A stretch of DNA of 64,000 bases. It comes from Pseudomonas sp. (GTDB taxonomy: Bacteria; Pseudomonadota; Gammaproteobacteria; Pseudomonadales; Pseudomonadaceae). Below the pieces are notes generated by a model that made no database searches, had not been told where the DNA came from, and worked only from the letters and a program-made list of their open reading frames with translations. Positions 29,527-38,238 of this stretch are shown in pieces. Numbering within the stretch: the stretch's first letter is position 1; each line of letters begins with the position of its first letter. A program made the position numbers and the translations under genes. The stretch is taken from contig NZ_JBEVDL010000094.1 of the NCBI RefSeq assembly GCF_040514055.1, positions 11,386-75,385 on the forward strand, in the 5' to 3' direction.

Positions 29527-30296
29527 CAGGGTTTGATGCCGCGGTGCAGGGCGACTATGCCCCCGGTCATGTTGTGGTAGGTGGTGCGTTCGAAACCGGC
29601 CTCGACCATCATGGCCTTGAGGGTTTCCTGATCGGGGTGCATGCGGATCGACTCGGCGAGGTAGCGGTAACTCTCCGAATCGTTGGTGATCAGCTTGCCC
29701 ATCATCGGCAGCAAGCTGAAGGAATAGGTGTCATAGGCCTTGGACAGCAGGCTGTTGGTGGGCTTGGAAAACTCCAGCACCAGCAGTCGACCGCCTGGCT
29801 TGAGCACACGCAGCATCGAGCGCAGCGCGTCTTCCTTGTGGGTGACGTTGCGCAGGCCAAAGGCGATGGTTACGCAGTCGAAGTGGTTGTCCGGAAAGGG
29901 CAGTTTTTCCGCGTCGGCCTGGACGAACTTGACGTTGCCGGCCACGCCCAGGTCGAGCAGGCGGTCGCGCCCGACCTTGAGCATCGAGGCATTGATGTCG
30001 GCCAGTACCACTTCGCCGCTGGGGCCGACCAAGCGCGCGAATTGCTTGGTCAGGTCACCGGTGCCGCCGGCGATATCCAGCACCCGGTTGCCACTGCGAA
30101 CACCCGACAGTTCGATGGTGAAGCGCTTCCACAGGCGGTGCACGCCAGCGGACATCAGGTCGTTCATCAGGTCGTATTTGGCGGCGACGGAGTGAAATAC
30201 CTCGGCCACTTTTTCGGCCTTCTGGCTTTCCGGCACGCTTTTGTAGCCGAAATGGGTAGTCGGTTCGGCATCGCTGCCTTTGCGTGGATCGTTCAT
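29526..30296 (-). CDS. ubiE: Ubiquinone/menaquinone C-methyltransferase
   Basis: [37 protein letters not shown]. Confidence 0.97.
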   Translation of the reverse strand: MNDPRKGSDAEPTTHFGYKSVPESQKAEKVAEVFHSVAAKYDLMNDLMSAGVHRLWKRFTIELSGVRSGNRVLDIAGGTGDLTKQFARLVGPSGEVVLADINASMLKVGRDRLLDLGVAGNVKFVQADAEKLPFPDNHFDCVTIAFGLRNVTHKEDALRSMLRVLKPGGRLLVLEFSKPTNSLLSKAYDTYSFSLLPMMGKLITNDSESYRYLAESIRMHPDQETLKAMMVEAGFERTTYHNMTGGIVALHRGIKP

Positions 30297-30421
30297 GTCA
30301 CTGTCACCCGGAGAAAGTGCCGGCCATTCTAATCCCCGCTGGGCGGCTTTGTCTTGGCCGCTGCCGCGGCGGTCCGGCGGGCTGGTATATAGTGGGGAAA
30401 ATTCCTCTCTTGGAGCCAGCC

Positions 30422-30700
30422 ATGGCGAAGATCGTTGTCGAACGTCCTCACACCCTGGGTCGGGAGGTGGCGCGCGCGCGCGCCGAGCAACTGGCCGAGC
30501 GCCTGGCCAGTCAGTACGACCTGCGTTATCAGTGGCAGGGAGATGTCCTGGAATTCAAACGCAAAGGCGCCGACGGCAGCATCCAGGTCGGTGACGATCA
30601 GGTGCGCGTGGAGTTGAGCCTGGGCCTGTTGTTGTCGGCGCTGGGGGGAACGATCAAGCGTGAAATTGAAAAAGGCCTCGACGAGTCGCTGCGAGGCTGA
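30422..30700 (+). CDS. Polyhydroxyalkanoic acid system protein
   Basis: [10 protein letters not shown]...AERLASQY...FKRKGADG; conserved position beside phaI. Confidence 0.85.
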   Translation: MAKIVVERPHTLGREVARARAEQLAERLASQYDLRYQWQGDVLEFKRKGADGSIQVGDDQVRVELSLGLLLSALGGTIKREIEKGLDESLRG

Positions 30701-30716
30701 GGAGAATTTTTCCAAC

Positions 30717-30736
30717 CTAGTATGTGGATTCTAATT
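30717..30736 (-). promoter_or_regulatory. Candidate PhaD operator upstream of phaI
   Basis: AATTAGAAT-CCACATA-CTAG on the minus strand; the same pattern occurs upstream of phaC1. Confidence 0.5.
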
Positions 30737-30807
30737 TTCCTCGATACCTTGGTCCTATGCCTGCACCCGTGGGCGTTTCCTCCACCAGCGCCAATGTGAG
30801 GTCCACC

Positions 30808-31269
30808 ATGTCCAAAGTAGCCGCAGTGAAAGCCAGCGCCGTCAAGGCGAAAAATAAAGTCCAGCGTGAAGCCAACGAAAACAAAACCAAACTGCTGAGT
30901 GAGGTCAAACACTACGGTCGGCAGATCTGGTTGGCCGGTTTGGGGGTGTACTTCAAGGCCGGTCATGAGGGCGTCGAGTACCTCAAGGAGCTGGTCAAGG
31001 CCGGTGAAGGCGTCGAGAAGCAGGGCAAGGCCCTGGTCGCCGAGCAGGTCGAAGCCGCCGGTGAAGAACTGGACGCCGTGCGCCAGAACCTGTCCAGCGT
31101 CAAGGGCAAGGTCGAGCTGCAGTTCGACAAGATCGAGCAGGCGTTCGACAGCCGGGTGGCCCGTGGTTTGAACCGTATCGGTATCCCTTCGCGCCAGGAC
31201 CTGGACACACTGTCTGCTAAGCTGGACGTGCTGAATGCGATGCTCGAACGCGTCGCCAAGACTCAATAA
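30808..31269 (+). CDS. phaI: Phasin PhaI
   Basis: RQIWLAGLGVY, FDSRVARGLNRIGIPSRQD. Confidence 0.9.
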   Translation: MSKVAAVKASAVKAKNKVQREANENKTKLLSEVKHYGRQIWLAGLGVYFKAGHEGVEYLKELVKAGEGVEKQGKALVAEQVEAAGEELDAVRQNLSSVKGKVELQFDKIEQAFDSRVARGLNRIGIPSRQDLDTLSAKLDVLNAMLERVAKTQ

Positions 31270-31279
31270 GGAGAACGGA

Positions 31280-32095
31280 ATGGCTGGTAAAAAGAAAGTC
31301 GAAAAAGAAAGCAGTTCCTGGATCGGCGAAGTAGAAAAATATTCCCGGCAAATCTGGCTGGCCGGTCTGGGCGCCTATTCGAAAATCAGCAAGGACGGCA
31401 ACAAGCTGTTCGACAACCTGGTCCAGGACGGTGAAAAAGCCGAGACCCTGGTCAAGGGTGAAGTCGACAAGCAAGTCGATGCCGTGAAGTCCTCCGCGCA
31501 GTCGGCCAAGTCCCGTGTCGAAGAGGTCAAGGACAAGGCGCTGGGCAAGTGGAGCGAGTTGGAAGAAGCGTTCGACAAGCGTCTGAACAGTGCGATTTCC
31601 CGTCTGGGCGTACCGAGCCGCAATGAAGTGAAAGAGCTGCACGGCAAGGTTGAAACCCTGACCCGGCAGTTGGAAAAGCTCACCGGTGTCTCGGCCGCCT
31701 CGGTCAAGCCAGCGGTCAAAACTGCCGCCAAGCCCGCTGCCAAGGCAACCGTGAAACCGGCCGCCAAGGCTGCTGCCTCTGCGGCAAAAAGCGCCACTTC
31801 GTCGGTAAAGTCGGCGGTCAAATCCACAGCTAAAGCAGCGGTCAAACCGGCGGCCAAGGCAGTCGAGAAAGTGGCGGCCAAACCGGCGGTCAAGGCCGCT
31901 GCAGCCGCCAAGCCTGCGGCTAAACCCGCAGTGAAAGCGGCGGCAAAACCTGCTCCGAAAGCGGCGCCGGCCAAGCCTGCGGCGGTAAAACCCGCCGTGG
32001 CCAAGCCCAAGGCAGCGGATACCGCGGCGACCCCTGCGGCCCCGGCTACGGCCCCGGCGGCCGCTCCTGCGCCGACGCCCGCCAGCCAGTCCTGA
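31280..32095 (+). CDS. phaF: Phasin PhaF with histone-like AKP-rich C-terminus
   Basis: EKYSRQIWLAGLGAY, LEEAFDKRLNSAISRLGVPSR, many AAKP repeats. Confidence 0.96.
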   Translation: MAGKKKVEKESSSWIGEVEKYSRQIWLAGLGAYSKISKDGNKLFDNLVQDGEKAETLVKGEVDKQVDAVKSSAQSAKSRVEEVKDKALGKWSELEEAFDKRLNSAISRLGVPSRNEVKELHGKVETLTRQLEKLTGVSAASVKPAVKTAAKPAAKATVKPAAKAAASAAKSATSSVKSAVKSTAKAAVKPAAKAVEKVAAKPAVKAAAAAKPAAKPAVKAAAKPAPKAAPAKPAAVKPAVAKPKAADTAATPAAPATAPAAAPAPTPASQS

Positions 32096-32112
32096 GTTAG
32101 TCCGTACGACCC

Positions 32113-32145
32113 ACGCCCGGCCCAGTGCCGGGCGTTTTCGTTTCT
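32113..32145 (+). terminator. Rho-independent terminator after phaF
   Basis: ACGCCCGGC-CCAGT-GCCGGGCGT followed by TTTCGTTTC. Confidence 0.75.
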
Positions 32146-32162
32146 GCAGGGTTCACTTCGCC

Positions 32163-32182
32163 CTAGAACCCACAGGCCCTAG
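32163..32182. repeat. Solo MITE end at the phaD stop codon
   Basis: CTAG-AACCCACAGGCC-CTAG; CCACAGGCCCTAG is identical to the TIRs at 6103-6115 and 11093-11105. Confidence 0.5.
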
Positions 32183-32805
32183 TCTTGATCCTCTTGCTCC
32201 AGGTAGCGTCGGGCCAGGTGCTCGGCGGTATGCCGCGGCTCTTGGGCCAGGTGCGGGGTGACCAGCATCATGACTTGGAATACGACCAGGCGGACTTCGC
32301 CGCGGCTGCCGAGGATGCGCTGGTAATCCAGGGAGAACAGCAGGGTCAGGGTGATCTGCTCCACCAGCAGGCCCAGCGCCTGGGTATCGCTGACCAGCTG
32401 GCCGTTGCTTTTGAGTTGGGCCAACAGCGTGGCCAGGGTGCGCTTGAGAGTATTGAGCCACTGACGAATGCCGCGCGCCAGCTTAGGCAAACGGCCGGAC
32501 AGGTTGGACAGGTCCTGGAACAGGAAGCGGTAGTGGGCCAGGCGTTCGACGATCAGGTGCAGGAACAGCCAATAGTCCTCCACGTCCAGCCGGGCTTCCG
32601 CGGGCGGATCAAGCAGCGGCGCCAGCTCGTTCTGGAAACGCTCCAGCAATTCCATCACCAGCGGTTCCTTGCCATGGAAGTGGTAATACAGGTTGCCTGG
32701 GCTGATGCCCAGCTCGTTGGCGATCTCCAGGGTGGAGACGTTGGGTTCTCCCTGCTGATTGAACAGTATCAGGGCACACTCGAGGATGCGGTCGCGGGTT
32801 TTCAT
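32179..32805 (-). CDS. phaD: TetR-family PHA regulator
   Basis: MKTRDRILECALILFNQQGEPNVSTLEIANELGISPGNLYYHFHGK. Confidence 0.96.
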   Translation of the reverse strand: MKTRDRILECALILFNQQGEPNVSTLEIANELGISPGNLYYHFHGKEPLVMELLERFQNELAPLLDPPAEARLDVEDYWLFLHLIVERLAHYRFLFQDLSNLSGRLPKLARGIRQWLNTLKRTLATLLAQLKSNGQLVSDTQALGLLVEQITLTLLFSLDYQRILGSRGEVRLVVFQVMMLVTPHLAQEPRHTAEHLARRYLEQEDQD

Positions 32806-32878
32806 GGGCTCTTCTTGTTCTGTTCACCACGGGCGGCTGGGGACAGACCGGGCGTTGCCCGGCCAGTCGTATCAGCCG

Positions 32879-34558
32879 TTAACCTTCATGTACATACAGG
32901 CCGGGGGCGGGCTCCATGGGTGGATACTGCTCGCTGCCCAGCTGGGTCACGGCGTCGCGCAGCTCACCTGAGCGTTCCTGCAGCCAGCTGGTCCACAGCG
33001 TCCACCAGCTGCCCTTGACGTGTTGGGCCTGAGTGAACCAGCGCTTGGGGTCCGTGGGGAATTCATCATGAGTGAAATAGTTGGCTTTCGGGTTGCCGGG
33101 CGGGTTGAGGATGGCCTGGATATGGCCGCTGTTGGACAGCACGAACTGCCGTTTGCCGCCGAGCAGTAAGGTGGAACGATAGACCGCTTCCCAGGGGGTG
33201 ATGTGATCATTGGTGCCGGCCACGGTGAAACTGTCCACTGTCACCTTGCGCAAATCGATGGGACTGTCGCACACCCGCAGTGCACCGGGTCGGCGCAGCG
33301 GGTTGTGCTTGAAAAAGTCCAACAGGTCGGCATGGAACGCCGCGGGCAGCCGAGTGCTGTCGTTGTTCCAATAGAGCACGTCGAATGCGGGCGGCTCCTT
33401 GCCCAGCAGGTAATTATTGACCCAGTAATTCCAGATCAGGTCGTTGGGTCTTAGCCAGGCAAATACCTTGGCCATGTCGCTGCCTTCGAGTACCCCGTGT
33501 TTACGGGTGCGGCGTTTGACGAAGTCCAGGGTCTTCTCGTCGGCGAACAGGGCGATGGGCGTGTCCAGTTGGCTGTCGAGCAAGCTGACGAAATAACTGG
33601 CGCTGTTGATCTTGCGCAATTGGCGTTTGCTCTGCAGGTAGCCTTGAAGCACACCGATGGTCAGGCCGGCGGAACAAACCCCGACCAGGTTGAGGTCCTT
33701 GCAGTTGTTGATGGCCAGGCAGACGTCGATGGTTTCATCGATCGCTTGGACATAGGTCGACAGGCTCCAGTCGCTGTGGCGGGCGTCGGGGTTGCGCCAG
33801 CTGATCATAAACACCGGCAGGTCATTTTTGAGCATGTGCTGGACAAAGCTCTTTTCCGGGCTGAGGTCGAACACATAGTATTTATTAATCTGCGGCGGCA
33901 CGATCAGCAAGGGCCGGCTGTACTGCTTCTCGCCCTGGGGCTGGTAGTGGATCAACTCCAGCAGCTCGTTGCGATAGACGACCGATCCAGGGGTGGTGGC
34001 GATATTGCCGCCCACCTCGAAGGCCTGTTTGTCGACCTGAGCGGGCATGCCACCGTTGTGCCGCAGATCGCCGACAAAATGGCGCAAGCCGTTGAGCACG
34101 CTCGCTCCGCCACTGTTGAGCAGCTCCTTGAGTGCCAGTGGATTGAGCGGATGGTTGGACGGGGCCAGCGCGTCGCTGACCAGGGCGGCAATAAAACGTG
34201 CCCGCTCGCGGTCATCGGCATACAGGTCGCTGTCATCGATCCAGGCGTTGAGCTCTTTTTGCCAGGCCTTGTACGCCAGCAAACTGCGGCGATAGAAGGG
34301 GTTCAGTTTCCAGGTCGGATCCGCAAAGCGGGCGTCCGCAGTGGCCTCATCCTGGCTGGTGTCGCCGAGCAGGATTCGGCCCAGTTGCCCGCCAAGGGCC
34401 AGGGCATGTTTGGCGCTGTGCAACGGCCGCCGCACGCTGTGGCGGCCCAGCATGCGCAAGGTCGAGAGGAAATCCCGGCCGCGCAGGCTGACGGTTCCAT
34501 TGGGGTGTACAAAAGTGGCGGGTGCGGGCGATGAGCCCGACGCGAGGGTGGTTGGCAT
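32879..34558 (-). CDS. phaC2: Class II PHA synthase 2 (divergent lipase box)
   Basis: PPQINKYYVFDL, GVCSAG box, WNNDSTRLP, SGHIQ; canonical position between phaZ and phaD. Confidence 0.93.
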   Translation of the reverse strand: MPTTLASGSSPAPATFVHPNGTVSLRGRDFLSTLRMLGRHSVRRPLHSAKHALALGGQLGRILLGDTSQDEATADARFADPTWKLNPFYRRSLLAYKAWQKELNAWIDDSDLYADDRERARFIAALVSDALAPSNHPLNPLALKELLNSGGASVLNGLRHFVGDLRHNGGMPAQVDKQAFEVGGNIATTPGSVVYRNELLELIHYQPQGEKQYSRPLLIVPPQINKYYVFDLSPEKSFVQHMLKNDLPVFMISWRNPDARHSDWSLSTYVQAIDETIDVCLAINNCKDLNLVGVCSAGLTIGVLQGYLQSKRQLRKINSASYFVSLLDSQLDTPIALFADEKTLDFVKRRTRKHGVLEGSDMAKVFAWLRPNDLIWNYWVNNYLLGKEPPAFDVLYWNNDSTRLPAAFHADLLDFFKHNPLRRPGALRVCDSPIDLRKVTVDSFTVAGTNDHITPWEAVYRSTLLLGGKRQFVLSNSGHIQAILNPPGNPKANYFTHDEFPTDPKRWFTQAQHVKGSWWTLWTSWLQERSGELRDAVTQLGSEQYPPMEPAPGLYVHEG

Positions 34559-34708
34559 GGGGTAAACACTCCGTTGTTAACCGTCATGGTTTGCAAACAA
34601 GCCGGCAAGGCTTGGTCCCTGGCGCGCCGGAGGTTCCTTCCAGACAGCCACGCACAGACTGGACTTGTTACACCAGGCACCTGAGTGGGTCAAGGTTTTC
34701 TCGGGGGT

Positions 34709-35566
34709 TCAATGACCGCGCAGGGGAGTGGGCAGCGGGTGCATGACCGCGCGTTGGCGCTCTTCCTGGAGGAACTTCATGATGATCGGTGCCACCGCCT
34801 CGGCGCGGGTGATCAGGAACAGGTGGCCGTCGTCGATCACGTGCAGCTCGGAATTGGGAATGCGCCAGGCCAACATGCGCATGTTCACCAGCGGAATCAG
34901 CGGGTCGTCGTCGCCGGCCAATACCAGGGTCGGCTGATGGATCTTGTGCAGCCAGTGGATGCTGGTCCAGCCGAGCCCGGCGAACAACTGCCAGTAGTAC
35001 CCGACCTTGCCCGACGAGCGAACCTTGCTGGCGTGGGCCATGGCCAGGTTCGGGTCGCGGCGGAAGGCGCCGCCGTAGATGTCCGGGGCGATCTGTACGC
35101 CATAGGACGGCTGTACATAGCGCCGCGGACTGGCCATTAACCACAGCACCTTGGGTTTGCCCGGGAGCATGACTGCACCGGCGGAGGTGGCTGCCAGTAC
35201 CAGTTTTTTACAGCGTTCGGGGTAGTCGTGGGCGAATTGCTGGGCCAGCGCCCCGCCCCAGGACACACCGATGGCATTGACCTGCCCGTAGTTCAGATAA
35301 TCGAGCATGCGGGAGGCCAACTTGGCCAGCCCGGGGAACCGGTAGGGCCGGTTGGGGGTGGAGGAGCCGCCCACGCCCGGCACGTCGAAGGCGATCACCT
35401 CCAGGTCCGGGTCGAGCGCTTGCACAAAAGGAAACACCAACTCCAGGTTGGCCCCGATGCCATTGAAGATCAGCAGGGGCGTCAGGTGGTCTTTGCCTGG
35501 GCGAACGGCGGTACGGATCGTCTGTCCGTCCAGGTCGATGGTGCGAAAAACAAAAGGTAACGGCAT
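34709..35566 (-). CDS. phaZ: mcl-PHA depolymerase
   Basis: FNGIGANLEL, GVSWGG lipase box, GDDDP, DDGHLF. Confidence 0.97.
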   Translation of the reverse strand: MPLPFVFRTIDLDGQTIRTAVRPGKDHLTPLLIFNGIGANLELVFPFVQALDPDLEVIAFDVPGVGGSSTPNRPYRFPGLAKLASRMLDYLNYGQVNAIGVSWGGALAQQFAHDYPERCKKLVLAATSAGAVMLPGKPKVLWLMASPRRYVQPSYGVQIAPDIYGGAFRRDPNLAMAHASKVRSSGKVGYYWQLFAGLGWTSIHWLHKIHQPTLVLAGDDDPLIPLVNMRMLAWRIPNSELHVIDDGHLFLITRAEAVAPIIMKFLQEERQRAVMHPLPTPLRGH

Positions 35567-35656
35567 GCGCAAAGCCCTATGGGTTTAATCGCTGGGAAAG
35601 CCGTCCAGCGCTTTTCCAGAATGGCGAAGCCGGCCTCCGGCAAGGACTTCATGGGT

Positions 35657-35681
35657 GCCCCTCCAGCCAGGCTGGAGGGGC
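35657..35681. terminator. 11-bp perfect hairpin between phaC1 and phaZ
   Basis: GCCCCTCCAGC-CAG-GCTGGAGGGGC; no U tract. Confidence 0.45.
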
Positions 35682-35765
35682 GAGCGGCACTTCCCGGTGC
35701 CGCCAGCAGCGATTGCGCAGGCAGTGACCTTTTAGTTCCGTGGCGCTGGGCCGTATCGCAATCGG

Positions 35766-37445
35766 TTAACGTTCATGGACATAGGTCCCGGGTGCGGCTT
35801 CGGCAGCCGGGTAGGCCTTGTTGCCCAGCACGGTGGGTGCCTTTTTCAGTTTGCCAGAGCGCTCCGCTTGCCAGGCCTGCCAGTACAGCCACCAGGAATC
35901 GGCATGTTTGGTGGAGTCCTGCTGCCAGGTCTTGGGACTGGGTGGCAACTTGTCGCTGGTCATAAACCGCGCCTTGGGATTGCCCGGCGGGTTGAGGATG
36001 CTCTGAATATGCCCACTGTTGGACAGCACGAACTCAATTTTGCCGCCGAACAGCAGCGCCGACTTGTAGCAGGACTCCCACGGGGTGATGTGGTCATTGG
36101 TGCCCGCCAGGCTGAAAATGTCGCAGGTCACCTGCTTGAGGTCGATCGGCGTGCCGCAGACCTCCATGGCGTTGGCGCGGGTCAGCGGATTGGTCTTGAA
36201 CAGTTCGATCAGGTCGCCATGGAAGGCCGCGGGCAAACGAGTGGTGTCGTTGTTCCAGTACAGAATGTCGAACACCGGCGGTTCGTTGCCCAGCAGGTAA
36301 TTGTTGACCCAGTAGTTCCAGATCAGGTCGTTGGGACGCATCCAGGCGAACACCTTCGCCATATCCCGTCCTTCCAGTACCCCCGACTGGTAGGAGCGTC
36401 GTTTCGCCGCCTCCAGGGTCTGCTCGTCGACGAACAGCGCGACCTGGGTGTCGAGTTTGGTGTCCAGCACACTCACCAGCAGGCTCAGGGCCTTGACCTT
36501 CTGTTCGCCGATGGCGGCGTAGTGCCCCAGCAGCGCAGCGGTGGTAATGCCACCTGAGCAGGCGCCGAGCATGGTGACATCGGGGCTGCCGGTGATGGCG
36601 ATAATGACGTCGATGGCTTCCTTGAGCGCCTCGATGTAGGTCGACAGGCCCCATTCGCGTTGGGCCTTGGTCGGGTTGCGCCAGCTGACGATAAAGGTTT
36701 GCAGGCCATTGCGCAGGCAGAAGCGGGCCAGGCTTTTTTCCTGGGACAGGTCGAATACGTAGAATTTATTGATCTGCGGCGGCACCACCAGCATGGGCCG
36801 CTCATGCACCTGCTCGGTCGTGGGCTTGTACTGGATCAGCTCCAGCAGGTTATTGCGAAACACCACGGCACCTTCGGTGGTGGCCAGGTTCTTGCCCACC
36901 TCGAAGGCATCCATATTGACCTGGCTGGGCATGCCACCGTTGTGCACCAAGTCTTTGGCCAGGTGGGACAGGCCGTCGAGCAGGCTTTTTCCGCCGGTTT
37001 CGAAGAAACGCTTAATCGCCGCCGGGTTGGCCATGGTGTTGGTCGGGGCCATGGCCTCGGTCAGCAGATTGATCACAAAATGTCCGCGGCTGGTGTCGAC
37101 ATCCGACAAACTGCTGTCCTCGACCCAGTCATGCATCTCCTTGCGCCAAGCCAGGTAGGCCTGCAGATAACGTTTATACAGCGGATTTTGGCTCCAGGCC
37201 GGGTCGACGAAACGGCGGTCGCCTTCCTCGGGCTGCAGGTCGGACTGACCGAACAGAACGCTTTTCAGTTCCAGGATAAAATGGGTGACGTGTTTGGCGC
37301 TGTGCACCGGTTGCTTGACCGCCTGGGTCAGCACCATGCGCGCCGAGGTCAGGATGTTCTTGCCGCGCAAACCAATGACAGGGTTCAGCGCCAGGGTATT
37401 TTCCGAGGCTTGGTGCTTCAGGTCTTCATTATTCTTGTTGCTCAT
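35766..37445 (-). CDS. phaC1: Class II PHA synthase 1
   Basis: MSNKNNEDLK start, GACSGG box, WNNDTTRLP, SGHIQS, PGTYVHER. Confidence 0.98.
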   Translation of the reverse strand: MSNKNNEDLKHQASENTLALNPVIGLRGKNILTSARMVLTQAVKQPVHSAKHVTHFILELKSVLFGQSDLQPEEGDRRFVDPAWSQNPLYKRYLQAYLAWRKEMHDWVEDSSLSDVDTSRGHFVINLLTEAMAPTNTMANPAAIKRFFETGGKSLLDGLSHLAKDLVHNGGMPSQVNMDAFEVGKNLATTEGAVVFRNNLLELIQYKPTTEQVHERPMLVVPPQINKFYVFDLSQEKSLARFCLRNGLQTFIVSWRNPTKAQREWGLSTYIEALKEAIDVIIAITGSPDVTMLGACSGGITTAALLGHYAAIGEQKVKALSLLVSVLDTKLDTQVALFVDEQTLEAAKRRSYQSGVLEGRDMAKVFAWMRPNDLIWNYWVNNYLLGNEPPVFDILYWNNDTTRLPAAFHGDLIELFKTNPLTRANAMEVCGTPIDLKQVTCDIFSLAGTNDHITPWESCYKSALLFGGKIEFVLSNSGHIQSILNPPGNPKARFMTSDKLPPSPKTWQQDSTKHADSWWLYWQAWQAERSGKLKKAPTVLGNKAYPAAEAAPGTYVHER

Positions 37446-37470
37446 CTACGACGCTCCATTGTCCTGAGAC
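37446..37470 (-). promoter_or_regulatory. GGA motifs over the phaC1 RBS (candidate RsmA/E site)
   Basis: Leader reads CAGGACAATGGAGCGTCGTAGATG. Confidence 0.5.
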
Positions 37471-37579
37471 GAATACCGGCATGCTGCTGTGTTCGTCCAC
37501 ACAGGGCGAAGGGCCTAGTACTGCTCGGGGTAACCGGGTTAGCTGATTGCAGAAGTGTGCACCGGGTCATTCATTGCGC

Positions 37580-37598
37580 TTGGCACCGTCTATGCCAA
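37580..37598. promoter_or_regulatory. Sigma54-type -24/-12 motif upstream of phaC1 (palindromic)
   Basis: TTGGCA-CCGTCTA-TGCCAA gives GG-N10-GC on both strands. Confidence 0.55.
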
Positions 37599-37695
37599 TG
37601 CAGGGAATCTGCCAGGTACTTGGTTACCCGAGTTTGTGACTTTGCGCAAGCGAGCCGAGCATTCAGCCATGCGCGCTGATGAGTATGCCCAGCAG

Positions 37696-37715
37696 AATTA
37701 GAATGTGCGCCCTAA
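37696..37715 (+). promoter_or_regulatory. Candidate PhaD operator upstream of phaC1
   Basis: AATTAGAAT-GTGCGCC-CTAA, matching the phaI upstream site. Confidence 0.5.
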
Positions 37716-37751
37716 CCTGCAGCGGGCCTTGAGGCGCGTTATCCGTGGGTC

Positions 37752-38123
37752 CTAGAGCATCAACCGCACGACCGACTCGCTGGGGTCGCGGGTTTTGCCC
37801 GCCGCGTCAAGGGCTTGCAGGTAATCGGCCCAGAGTGCGTCCTGGCGTTGCGCCAGTTCGTAGAGGTAGTCCCAAGTGAACAGGCCGCTGTCGTGGCCAT
37901 CGTCGAAGCACAGTTTCAGTGCATAGTTGCCGGCCGGCTCGATGCGTTCGAGAGCCACGCCGAGCTTGCCGGTCTGCAGGATCGGCTGGCCATGGCCCTG
38001 CACCTCGGCGGAGGGCGAGTGTACGCGCAGGAATTCGGCGGGCAGGCGAAACTCCTGGCCCTCGTAGGTCAATACCAGGGCCTTGGAGGCCTTGTGCAGC
38101 GTGATGGCGCTGGGGATGTGCAT
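37752..38123 (-). CDS. DUF971 (gamma-butyrobetaine hydroxylase N-terminal-like) protein
   Basis: LPAEFLRVHSPSAEVQGHG, AGNYALKLCFDDGHDSGLFTWDYLY. Confidence 0.92.
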   Translation of the reverse strand: MHIPSAITLHKASKALVLTYEGQEFRLPAEFLRVHSPSAEVQGHGQPILQTGKLGVALERIEPAGNYALKLCFDDGHDSGLFTWDYLYELAQRQDALWADYLQALDAAGKTRDPSESVVRLML

Positions 38124-38134
38124 AAAACTAGCCT

Positions 38135-38234
38135 CAAGCTACAAGCTACAAGCTACAAGCTACAAGCTACAAGCTACAAGCCAAGCAGTGGGCTTTGGAT
38201 CGTCTTACCGCTTGAAGCTTGCAGCTTGGCTGCT
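38135..38234. repeat. Heptamer tandem/inverted repeat array
   Basis: (CAAGCTA)x6 at 38135-38176, then CAAGC twice, a spacer, and inverted units GCTTGAA GCTTGCA GCTTGGC at 38210-38230. Confidence 0.85.
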
Positions 38235-38238
38235 GCCA

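Noticed and set aside
31720-32095. Low-complexity AAKP repeats in phaF, and PVVVAPKP repeats in damX (about 58360-58490)
   Set aside because: Normal features of these protein families.
38135-38234. Possible CRISPR array
   Set aside because: 7-bp contiguous units with no unique spacers and no cas genes.
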